64,000 bases of DNA, from contig CM074522.1 of the NCBI GenBank assembly GCA_037379345.1, positions 14,942,001-15,006,000 on the forward strand, in the 5' to 3' direction. The stretch is from Perna viridis (taxonomy: Eukaryota). This document shows, piece after piece, positions 52,809 through 63,164 of the stretch; the stretch's first letter is position 1; each line of letters opens with the position of its first letter. A program made the translations under genes and the position numbers. Below the pieces are notes generated by a model. It saw only the letters and a list, made by a program, of their open reading frames with translations. It searched no databases and was not told the DNA's origin.

Positions 52809-53318
52809 TTGTTGTTGGTTGGGGTTTAACGTCCGAGCAGCAATATTTCAGCTATATTCAGACGATGAACATGAATAGGATGATAAAATGAACATGAAAT
52901 GATGATGAAATAAAGTAGGGATGGGACACAAGGACAATGGGGACGACAAATTTTGATTGCCACTGGAAATAGGGAGAGGTGGGTAGGGTCGGGTAATTTA
53001 GCCTCCTGTGGCGGATCCCTATGGTTCCTACTCCGGGAGAATACCACAGTAGGGTTACGTGCGAGGAGCGTGGCATATTTCCCAACACGATGCACCACTA
53101 TGGTTTGCGGTCAGGTTTTCCGTATTATAGCCAGACAACCCCAGCATGTAACACACCAGGGGTACCCCATTCCACCACCTGGGGCACACATCCCAGTTGC
53201 TCTGTGGGCAGAACGCCCTAGCCCCCGGCTAGGGTTCTGAGCACTATTTAGTCGCCTTTTACGACAGGCTTAGCGCTGCTGCAAGCCTATTCTTTTAACA
53301 CCCGGACCTGCACGGGGC
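52809..53318 (-). mobile_element. SINE-like retroposon, full length (type A)
   Basis: Perfect 12-bp TSD gatgaaaaaagg at 52797-52808 and 53319-53330. Confidence 0.95.
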
Positions 53319-54360
53319 GATGAAAAAAGGAGAATCTAACAGTTATATCTGTCCATTGTATTTGCCATCGTCTGGCCTTGCTTGTACAGACTCAAATAAA
53401 GAGTGTAAATTTGTTTCTGAAACACTGGACATCTTGAGATATCTCTGGAAATTTTTTGAGGACTCTCCAAAACGAACCTCAACTTAAGTAAAAGTACAAA
53501 TTGAAATGACCCAATACCATGTACAGCTACCCAAATCATCGAGAGTATCAATTGTACATAAAGTGAAAAAAGCATGTTCCACCAGATGGTTGTCTGTGCA
53601 AGGGTGCTATGATGACTTTCCATCAAAAATGCAATGCTTGTCGTTAAGGAAAAGGATGTAGTTGCCACAGGACTCATAAAGACGATGAAAAGTATCAGAT
53701 TTGTTGCCAATATCTTTATTCTTAAAGAAATGTTGCCATTTCTGGCAAAACTAAGCAAAACATTTCAAGCTGGAACAGTGAATTATTCTTGCATTGAGCC
53801 TTACTTACAAGAAGTTAAAGACACCCTACGGAACAGGAATTTGACAGATCTTGTCATTGCTTCTATTGTGAAAGAGACAAAAGTACAAGAAGGGCTTGGA
53901 TTTCTTGAAATATTACCACCTGAAGCACAATTGCATGAAGCATCAAGAAAAATGACAAAGTATATTGAAGCTCTAGAAGACATTGGATGAGAGGTTTGAA
54001 GAGGCTGCACCAATTCTAGCAGCTTTTAGTTTGTTTGATCCATGTCAAATCCCAGACAAAACAGAACAAAGCTTCAAGAAATATGGAGAAGAGAATATTG
54101 GTCGATTGTGGTCTCACTTCTTGGCTGACAGTGAAGAGGCAAAGACAGAACTCGCCGCAGAATGGATGAGCTACAAGAACCACATTTTAGTTGAAACCAG
54201 AAGCATTATCTACTGATGAGAAGTAGACAACAGAAAAAGTCCCGGAAAGATTGATTACACTAAGAAATCCGTCAGACAATGGATATATTTTCCCCAGATT
54301 AGCACATATTGCTGCTATTATACTTTCATTACCTGTAAGCAATGCCTGGCCAGAATGTGA

Positions 54361-54874
54361 TTGATCGATTGACTGTTGGGGTTTAACGCCCGAACAGCAA
54401 TATTTCAGCTATATTCACGCGATGAACATGAAATGGATGATAAAATGAACATGATGATGAAATAAAAAAAGGATGGGAAACAAGGACAATAGGGTCGACA
54501 AATTTTGATTGCAACTAGAAAAAGGGAGGGATGGGTAAGGTCGGGCAATTTAGCCTCCTGTGGCGGAGCGCAAAGGTTCCTACTCCGGGAGAATAGCACA
54601 GTAAGGTTCTTTAACGTGCGAGGAACGTGGCATATCTCCCAACACGGTGCACCACTATGGTTTGCGGTCAGGTTTTCCGTATTACAGCCTGACAACCCCA
54701 GCATATAACACGCCAGAGTAACCCCATTCCACCACCTGGGACACACATCCCAGTTGCTCTGTGGGCAGAGCGCCTAGACCCGGTTAGGGTTCTGAGCATT
54801 ATTTAGTCGCCTTTCACGACAAGCATAGCGCTGCTGCAGGCCTATTCTTTTAACACCCGGACCTGCACGGAGAA
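54361..54874 (-). mobile_element. SINE-like retroposon, full length (A/B mosaic)
   Basis: Perfect 12-bp TSD gccagaatgtga at 54349-54360 and 54875-54886. Confidence 0.95.
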
Positions 54875-55060
54875 GCCAGAATGTGAGACATCAGCTATCA
54901 AACGTATAAAGACACGTCTTAGAAGCTCACTAAAGAATAGTATGTTCTCAGGGTTGCTCCAAGTATCCATAAATGGACCCCCTGTAAAAGAAGCCACACC
55001 GCTTATTCATAAATGTGTTGACAACTGGTATAGAGAAAAAACAAGGCGAAAACTACACAG

Positions 55061-55795
55061 TTTGTTTTTGTTTGTTGGGGTTTAACGTCCGAGCAGCAAT
55101 ATTTCAGCTATATTCAGCCGATGAACATCAAATTGATGATAAAATGAACATGAAATAATGATGAAATGAAAAAAGGGATGGGACACAAGGATAATGGGGT
55201 CGACAAATTTGATTGCCACTGGAAATAGGGAGAGGTGGGTAGGGTCGGGCAATTTAGCCTCCTGTGGCGGAGCTTTGTTTGTTTGTTTGTTTGTTGGGGT
55301 TTAACGTCCGAGTAGCAATATTTCAGCAATATTCAGACGATGAACATGAAATTGCTGACAAAATGAACATGAAATGATGATGAAATGAAAAAGGGATGGG
55401 ACACAAGGACAATGGGGTCGACAAAATTTGTTTGCCACTGGAAATAGGGAGAGGTGGGCAGGATTGGAGAATTTAGCCTCCTGTGGCGGAGCCCTATGGT
55501 TCCTACTCCGGGAGAATACCACAGTAGGGTTCTTTAACGTGCGAGGAACGTGGCACCTTTCCCAACACGGTGCACCACTATGGTTTGCGGTCAGGTTTTC
55601 CGTATTATAGTCTGACAACCCCAGCATGAAACACGCCAGGGGTACCCCATTCCACCACCTGGGGCACACATCCCAGTTGCTCTGTGGGTATAGCGCCCTA
55701 GCCCCCGGCTAGAGTTCTGAGCACTATTTAGTCGCCTTTTACGACAAGCTTCTGCTGCAGGCCTATGTTTTTAACACCCGGACCTGCACGGGGGA
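55061..55795 (-). mobile_element. composite SINE insertion: full copy (55273-55795) plus extra 3' part (55061-55272)
   Basis: Single 12-bp TSD aaaactacacag at 55049-55060 and 55796-55807 brackets both segments. Confidence 0.93.
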
Positions 55796-57019
55796 AAAAC
55801 TACACAGGAATACAACAGTAAATAATCAAATAGAGGAAGTAATGGAAACTAGAGATGCCAGTGTTGAAGCTGATTTAATCGAAGATGAAGGAGAAATTCA
55901 TATTGTGAAAGAAAAAATGGCCCATATTTTAAAGCTTCTGAAACTCACTGGCTACCAAGATGATGATAATGATTATGACTGTGAAGATGAAAATTCAGAT
56001 GAGTTTGACTATGACTGTATTGAGAATTAATGTTGGATCGTGAGACTTTAATCAAGTAAATTTGTCCAGTGGAAATTTGAATCCACTTTCATGACTTTAT
56101 TTCTTGAAACTTTTGCTAAATTAAAAAAAAGTAAAAAAAATGGAAAAATAAAGAAATTATTTTTAATTAATTTGGTTCATTTCCTTTTATCTTAAATAAA
56201 AGTATTAGGCCACCACTGCACAAGATATTTTGTCTGTAGACGTGATGATTATGCAATTTTATTTCCAATCCATGAATGTTTGATGTGTTGCTCATCTTTT
56301 GTTATGTTTCCTCAAATTGTTTCTCATAATTCATTGTTGAACTCTGGTCTGGCCACCATTCCTCTCATTATTCCCTCAAAAGAAATTTTATTCAAATATC
56401 AATTTGTTCAATGGAATATAATTTGATTCTGAAGGGACCTGGTAGTTTTTGTTGGGAATTATTCATATTTATTTTATAACATTTTACTTGGAGCTTATAT
56501 CTATTTTCTAGTATAGTCTGATATTAACATACATGCAACCATTCTGTCAAAATATACCAAACCCTTTCGAAATTAAATGGTTGTTCACTTAAAGTGAGGC
56601 CTGAGTGGCTGATGGCTTTTAAAAATCAAGTACTAATTATATTTTTATGAAAGCTAACAATTTTAATTCAGTCATTCATTAAAGGACAAGACATAAAAAA
56701 GAACACATGAACATTTTTGTATACATTTGAGAAAAAAATGACAACACTGAAATAATTTGAAAAAAAATGCAGTAATGCCCTTCAATTCAACTAACCAAAA
56801 GTACATGAAACACACACCAGAATGCAGGATTTTGCATCTAGAATTTTTAATTTTTCCAAATTTCTTTTCACCTGTTCACTTAAAACTTATTGAAAGCCCT
56901 GGTCCCTTACCCTAGGTCTACCTCCTTAATAAATGCCACGACAAATGTACAAGCTTGCTGTTTTAGACATTTAAAAAATGCCAGGATGAAAAATGTCAGT
57001 TCAAGGCCATCCAGTCAAT

Positions 57020-58386
57020 TATTTTAAACATATTTTATTTGCAAATAAACAAATTTGGATTACACACTCACATGGCCTTCTCCATACATGGAATATAACA
57101 CACAATAAATTGTTGAACAAATTACGACAAGTGTAGTGTACACAAATTGATAATTTAACCTTTTACAAGAGTAGGTCCAAATCACAAAGCCCCCTGCAGG
57201 TCCTGGTGTCAAAAGAATAGGCCTGCAGCAGCGCTAAGCTTGTTGTAAAAGGCGACTAAATTGTGCTCAGAAACCTAGCCTGGGGAAGGGGGGCTAGGCG
57301 CTCTGCCCATAGAGCAACTGGGATGTGTGCCCTAGGTGGTGGAATGGGGTACCCCTGGCATGTTACATGCTGGGGTTGTCAGGCTATAATACGGAAAACC
57401 TGACCACAAACCAAAGTGGTGCACCGTGTTGGGAAAGATGCCACATTCCTCGCAAGAACCCTGCTGTGGTATTCGATACGAGTAGGAACCTTTGCGCTCC
57501 GCCAAATGAGGCCAAATTGCCCGACCCTACCCATTCCTCCCTTTTATCTTGTGGCAATCGAAATATGTCGACCCTATTGTCCTTGTGTTCCTTCCCTTTT
57601 TTCATTTTATCATCCATTTCATGTTCATCGCCTGAATATAGCTGAAATATTATAATCAACCAAATCACAAAAGGGGAAAAATCATAATAGTTGTAAAACA
57701 TTAAATAAATAAGAAAAAATAAGAAAAATGCCAAAGGTATTAAGAACAGTTGAAATAGAATCGACCTGAGTGCTGAATAAAATGTTGAATTGTTTAAAGT
57801 TGTCAGCATTGCTGGTGTTATCAAGTATTGCGCTATCAAATGAAATCATAGTTATTCGATCTTCACCAGTATCCGAAAGATTGTCTATGTATAATCTACG
57901 TTGTTCTACATACAATGGATAATCTAGAAAGAAATAGATACTATCCTCAATAGGTAAGCCACAGGTGCATTTCTGGTCAGGCACAAAACCCACTCTGAAC
58001 AGATCAGCTTTCAGTGTACTACTCATGTAACGTAGTCTTGTATGCAAAATATCAAACTTTCGAATTCCAACATAATTATATGAGGGTGATTTGAACACGG
58101 GATTCTGATTTCTCAGTAATTGTTTAAAATTATTTAAGGTTGGTACCCGTCAAAATCGTAGGTCTAAGCTATTCCACAATCGTATATCAGATGGAAAGAA
58201 TGACTTCGAAAAAGTCTCAATACGGGTTTGAGGATAAACATAGTTCAGCTCATTTCTCAAATCACATCGATTGGTTGTGGCTACAATATGTGTTACATAG
58301 TCTTTTAGATATGCTGGTACCTTACTATTGTGTAATCTATGGAATGGACAGGGTTTACGTCTTCGTCGACGATCTGCTTATGTCTC
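57020..58386 (-). mobile_element. CR1-group LINE, 3' portion (ORF2 C-terminus + 3' UTR), interrupted by a SINE
   Basis: Minus-strand peptides ET*ADRRRRRK...SFFPSDIRLWNSL and HTRLR...DLFR...CTCG...ED; 3' end aataaaatatgtttaaa near 57025. Confidence 0.8.
57189..57659 (+). mobile_element. SINE-like retroposon, near full length (type B)
   Basis: Perfect 12-bp TSD ccaaatcacaaa at 57177-57188 and 57660-57671. Confidence 0.94.
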
Positions 58387-58894
58387 TTGTTTGTTTGTTT
58401 GTTGGGTGTAATGTCCGAACAGCAATATTTCAGCTATATTCAGACAATGAACATGAAATTGTTGATATAATGAACATGAAATGAAAAAAAAGGATGGGTC
58501 ACAAGAATAAAAGGGTCGACAAGTTTTGATTGCCACTGGAAAAAGGGGGGATGGGTAAGATCGGGCAATTTAGCCTCCTGTGGCGGAGCGCAAAGGTTCC
58601 TACTCCTATCGAATACCATAGCAGGGTTCTTTAACGTGCGAGGAACGTGGCATCTTTCCCAACACTGTGCACCACTATGGTTTGCGGTCAGGTTTTCCGT
58701 ATTATAGCCTGACAATCCCAGCATTTAACACGCCAGGGGTACCCCATTCCACCACCTGGGGCACACATCCCAGTTGCTCTGTGGGCAGAGCGCCTAGCCC
58801 CCGGCTAGGTTTCTGAGCACTATTTAGTCGCCCTTTACGACAAGCGTAGCGCTGCTGCAGGCCTTTTCTTTTAACACCCGGACCTGCACGGGGC
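58387..58894 (-). mobile_element. SINE-like retroposon, full length (type B), no TSD
   Basis: Head gccccgtgcagg at 58894, (AAAC)n tail at 58387; flanks unrelated. Confidence 0.92.
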
Positions 58895-59059
58895 TGGTAG
58901 TTAAAGGAACTGAACTATGTATTACTCTGTCTATAATAAAAATGCAGATCCACCCGCAGTTCGTTCATTTGCCTCAGCAAATGTACTATACATTGTATAT
59001 CCCTTTACGGAAATTTAATCCGTTTCTTTTAAATGATTCTCTTGGAGACATAATGCAAC
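58895..59059 (-). mobile_element. fragment of a LINE apurinic-endonuclease domain (I/Nimb-like)
   Basis: Minus-strand translation VALCLQENHLKETD*ISVKGYTMYSTFAEANERTAGGSAFL; CLQE and GG motifs of APE domains. Confidence 0.7.
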
Positions 59060-59980
59060 TGGTTTGTTGGTTTGTTGGTGTTTAACGTCCGAGCAGCAAT
59101 ATTTCAGCTATATTCAGACGATGAGCATGAAATTGATGATAAAATGAAAAAGGGATGGGACACAAGGACAATGGGGTCGACAAATTTTGATTGCCACTGG
59201 AAATCGGGAGAGGTGGGTAGGGTCGGACAATTTAGCCTCCTGTGGCGGAGCCATATTGTTCCTACTCCAAGAGAATACCACAGTAGGGGTCTTTAACGTG
59301 CGAGGAACGTGACATCTTTCCCAACACGGTGCACCACTATGGTTTGCGGTCAGGTTTTCCGTATCATAGCCTGACAACCCCAGCATGTAACACGCCAGGG
59401 GTACACATCCCAGTTGCTCTGGGCAGAGCGCCCTAGCCCCCGGCCAAGGTTCTGAGCACTATTTAGTCGCCTTTTACGACAAGCTTAGCGCTGCTGCAGA
59501 CCTATTGTTTTAAAACCCGGACCTGCACGGGGCGCGATAATACGGAAAACCTGACCTTTAACCTAGTGGTGCACCGTGTTTGGAAAGATGCCACGTTCCT
59601 CGCACGTTAAAGAACCCTACTGTGGTATTCTCCCGGAGTAGGAACCATAGGGCTCCGCCACAGGAGGCTAAATTGCCCGACCTTACCCACTTCTCCCTAT
59701 TTCCAGTGGCAATCGAAATTTGTCGATCCCATTATCCTTGTGTCTCATCACTTTTTACATTTTATCATTTCATGTTCATCGTCTGAATATAGCTGAAATA
59801 TTGCTGCTCGGACGTTAAACCCCAACAAACAAATCCACCACCTGGGGCACACATCCCAGTTGCTCTGTGGGCAGAGCGCCTAACCCCCGGCTACAGTTCT
59901 GAGCACTATTTAGTCGCCTTTTACGACAAGCGTAGCGCTGCTACAGGCCTATTCTTTTAACACCCGGACCTGCACGGGGC
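59060..59980. mobile_element. rearranged nested SINE complex (minus 59060-59533, plus 59537-59833, minus 59834-59980)
   Basis: Three SINE segments in alternating orientation; see findings. Confidence 0.9.
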
Positions 59981-60386
59981 CCCTTTTTAAAAGATAATTT
60001 GGAAAATCTTATGATCTCCATCACAACAACTCAATAAAGTTTGATTTGATTAAAACGGTGTCACAGATATATTAAAATGCAATTGACCATATATGTAAAA
60101 GTAAGATAGTCAGTGACTGGATACAACTTTCTGAATTTGTTGTGATGTCACAAATGTTACATTGTTTTGAAGTTGCCAGGATGTTGCCTGCTTCATATTG
60201 GAAATGTTTTTCATGCTGAAGGTAAAAATTACAGAGTATTCTTTAATGTCATTTTACAAAATTATACATACATAACTAATAGTGTTTAAAATGATGTAAA
60301 AATATTAAATACAAATTATTTTTAACATTAACTAAGAAAAAGTCATTTCAAGGGAAGATAATTGGTGGCAAAATTCTTTCAATTTG

Positions 60387-60869
60387 GCAAGTCCGGGTGT
60401 TAAAAGAATAGGCCTGCAGCAGCGCTAAGCTTGTCGTAAAAGGCGACTAAATAGTGCTCAGAAACCTAGCCGGGGGCTAGGCGCTCTGCCCACAGAGCAA
60501 CTGGGATGGGTACCCCTGGCGTGTTACATGCTGAGATTGTCAGGCTATAATACGGAAAACCTGACCGCAAACCATAGTGGTGCACCGTGTTGGGAAAGAT
60601 GCCACGTTCCTCGCACGTTAAAGAACCCTGCTGTGGTATTCGATAGGAGTAGGAACCTTTGCGCTCCGCCACAGGAGGCTAAATTGCCCTACCTTACCCA
60701 TCCCCCTTTTTCCAGTGGCAATCAAAATTTGTCGACCCTATTATCCTTGTGACCCATCCTTTTTTTTCTTTATTTCATGTTCATTTTATCATCCATTTCA
60801 TGTTCATTGTCTGAATATAGCTGAAATATTGCTGTTCGGACGTTAAACCCTAACAAACAAACAAACAAA
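60387..60869 (+). mobile_element. SINE-like retroposon (type B), head slightly truncated, 22-nt internal deletion
   Basis: gcaagtccgggtgttaaaagaatagg... to (AAAC)n tail; no clear TSD. Confidence 0.92.
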
Positions 60870-61063
60870 TAATTCAAAAAATTGATAAATAGATGAAATA
60901 TTGGAACATTGTTTGGGAGATTTTTCTACAAGTCAAAAACAATCATACCAAGAAAATCAAGATGATTTCAGAATAAGAATTCTATAATATTGTTGAATTG
61001 AACAATCCATTTCCACTAAATACTACGCACATCATTATATTTAAGTTTCTATGGCGATGATGA

Positions 61064-61270
61064 CGCCACAGGAGGCTAAATTGCCCTACCTTACCCATCC
61101 CTCCCTTTTTCTAGTGGCAATCAAAATTTGTCGACCCAACTGTCCTTGTGTCCCATCTCGTTTTTCATTTCATTATTTCATGTTCATTTTATCATCCGTG
61201 TCATGAACATCGTCTGAATATAGCTGAAATATTGCTGCTCGAACGTTAAACCCCAACAATCAATCAATCA
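61064..61270 (+). mobile_element. 5'-truncated SINE copy
   Basis: Starts cgccacaggaggctaaattg, ends in an (AATC)n tail. Confidence 0.9.
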
Positions 61271-62532
61271 TTTTATTAAGAAACTTGTAGATTTATTTTT
61301 ATTTCACGCCTCTTTTTCCCCCCCCCCCCCCCCCAAAAAAAAAAAAAAAAAAAACAACAACAACAACAACAAAAACTTATACATTACAAAATGAAAAGAT
61401 TGAGAGATCAAAACACGTGTTGTGATAGAACAAGCTGCGACAAATTCACATAACATAATGGAAAACAGTGTAAACTAAAAAACAATGTACCATGTACTTT
61501 GACCTTCAATCTAAAAAAAAAAAGTCTTTTCAGGACACGAGTAGCATGTTTTGCTTATGAAATAAGTCACTTCGAAAATTCTGTCGAAAAGATAAGTTTT
61601 GACGTTCCAAACATAAACAAACGGTCCATATAGTGTCATAGATACCCTTCTGCTTTAATTGAGAATGGCCTAAAATAAGTAACATTGCAGTTGATCTACA
61701 AAAAGAAGAAATTGTTTTGCACTTCTGCGGTATCTGTGTAAACGCTTGAATTTTAGTTTGGCATTGCAATCGGTGTTTTGTTTGATCTAACAAAAGTTTG
61801 TTTTTTGCTTTTGCTTCTTTTCCATATCTTGTTATTATATACATACAACTCTCCGTACTTTGTTTTTTTGTGTTCCCTAATTTACATTCCATTTTCATTC
61901 ACCTAATATGTTTAGGACTGGCTTCACATGTAGACGCAGTAGATCATTGATAAGGTGTAAGATTTGTGTAACAAATATCAACAGATATGAAAAAGATTTT
62001 ACATTGTTGTTACAATGTATGTGAAAACAGAGTGAAATCAGATATCCAAAGAAATTTTGTACATTGGATAGCATGATAGAATGATATCGACACAAATATG
62101 CATTTTTGTATACATTTTAAGTCTAGTATTTTGGGGAATGCATAGAACAAATGGAGAATTTAGAATCAATCGATGGATTCAATATTATGTTTAGGTATGA
62201 AGAAATATTTACAAGTATTTTCAATTAAAACAATAAAAAAGAAGGTAGTAATCAAGATGTCCATCGTTATATCACATCGTCAAAACAGTACGAATTCATC
62301 GATGTAGGCATACAACATTGCAGTAAATAACAGTCGTACAATGTATACTCGTGGTATCCTGTATCACAAATTGTAAAAATGCCATCATAGAAAAGTCAAT
62401 GTTATGAAAAAGGTGCAGACATTCTATTCACCAAAAATAGTAATGAAATAATAAAATGACGTTCTCTCAAAGTTTGGACCTCTTTCATTTTCTTCAAATT
62501 TCACATGACAACTCATGTAGGTCGTTTGTATC

Positions 62533-63164
62533 TCAGCATGTTGTATTCGTTGATCTTCCACATATTTGAATTTCATTTTCCTCAATTTCACAGGCGTCAT
62601 TGGTATCTTCACAAGTGTTTGTGGTCGGTTTTTCCTTCATCTCAACATTCGAACATGTATTTAGTGAACTTCTGTACAAGTTTATATTTCCCTCACTTGC
62701 GGCATTTGGCTTTTTGTTGTTTTTAGACGTGTGCATACTTTTATTTTTCAGCAGTTTTTGGACTCCTGATTGTTTGGCATTGGCTAAGACCTTTTGCCAA
62801 AACATGCTTCTATTATTATAACTATTTGGTTCAATATAACCTGGCAAATCATCGTTGTTCCTGCGTAGTGGCTCTAAATATCCTGAAGTATAGGGAACCT
62901 CGTATCCTGAATTATCCATCTGTTCTGGCAAATCGACAGGTAAATCATAGTTAGAAACATATTCGTATTGTGTGTCAGACGGCAGCTGAAGGCATGCTTG
63001 TGTTTGTAAAAATTCTGTGTACAATCTCTGCTTGAATTTATATCGCCACACAACGCACCTTGAATAGTGAATTTGACGCATATTAAATACAATAAATACC
63101 AAACTAATAAAAACCAAGACAATTGAAATGATTATGAAGATTGATATATAAAGAAAAGAAATGA
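62533..63164 (-). CDS. probable last exon of a single-pass membrane protein with a Tyr-motif-rich cytoplasmic tail
   Basis: Open frame 63168-62533; hydrophobic run ISFLYISIFIIISIVLVFISLVFIVF, basic RQ..R..RYKFKQR, then YEYV, YDLP, YEVP, YLEP, YIEP; possible phase-1 acceptor gatcag ending at 63165. Confidence 0.55.

Larger units (their letters stand above)
51308..56030 (+). pseudogene. hAT transposase (TTF zinc finger, ZNF862-like) with stops, frameshifts and three SINE insertion sites
   Basis: Exon 1 51308-51383 (MKRTKIDDFF...), phase-1 intron to 51719. Then FCLLCKVH...EEHAKTENH zinc finger, LVDEVTDIS, TDGASTMTG, VHCICHRLAL, STRWLS, LPVSNAWPECETSAIKRIKTRLRSSL (dimerisation region) and an acidic tail to TAA at 56030. 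Confidence 0.9.
50882..56901 (+). mobile_element. hAT-superfamily DNA transposon (defective)
   Basis: Right end ttattgaaagccctg (reverse complement CAGGGCTTTCAATAA); degenerate left end ctgtggttttactaa (10/15 match); contains a transposase pseudogene. Confidence 0.8.
50731..56925. mobile_element. TTAA-flanked MITE (about 175 bp when reconstituted) split by a hAT insertion
   Basis: TTAA|ggaggtaggcctagggtaaggga at 50731 and tcccttaccctaggtctacctcc|TTAA ending 56925; the TIR extends to about 33 bp (28 matches) when 50868-50875 is rejoined to 56902. Confidence 0.75.

Noticed and set aside
59593-59615. cgt-TCCTCGC-acg matches the P3/L3 hairpin of HDV-like ribozymes
   Set aside because: No P1 partner or GG for P1.1 follows (ttaaagaac), so the nested double pseudoknot cannot be built.
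49094-60752. Recurrent short ORFs (MCPRWWNGVPLAC..., MLGLSGYNTENL...)
   Set aside because: Frames within SINE copies; starts, stops and frames differ between copies.
61316-61375. poly-C / poly-A / (AAC)n run
   Set aside because: Simple low-complexity tract; homopolymer lengths unreliable.
61530-62095. Adjacent minus-strand ORFs (122 aa and 66 aa)
   Set aside because: No recognisable domain or convincing splice structure; cannot be supported without a search.
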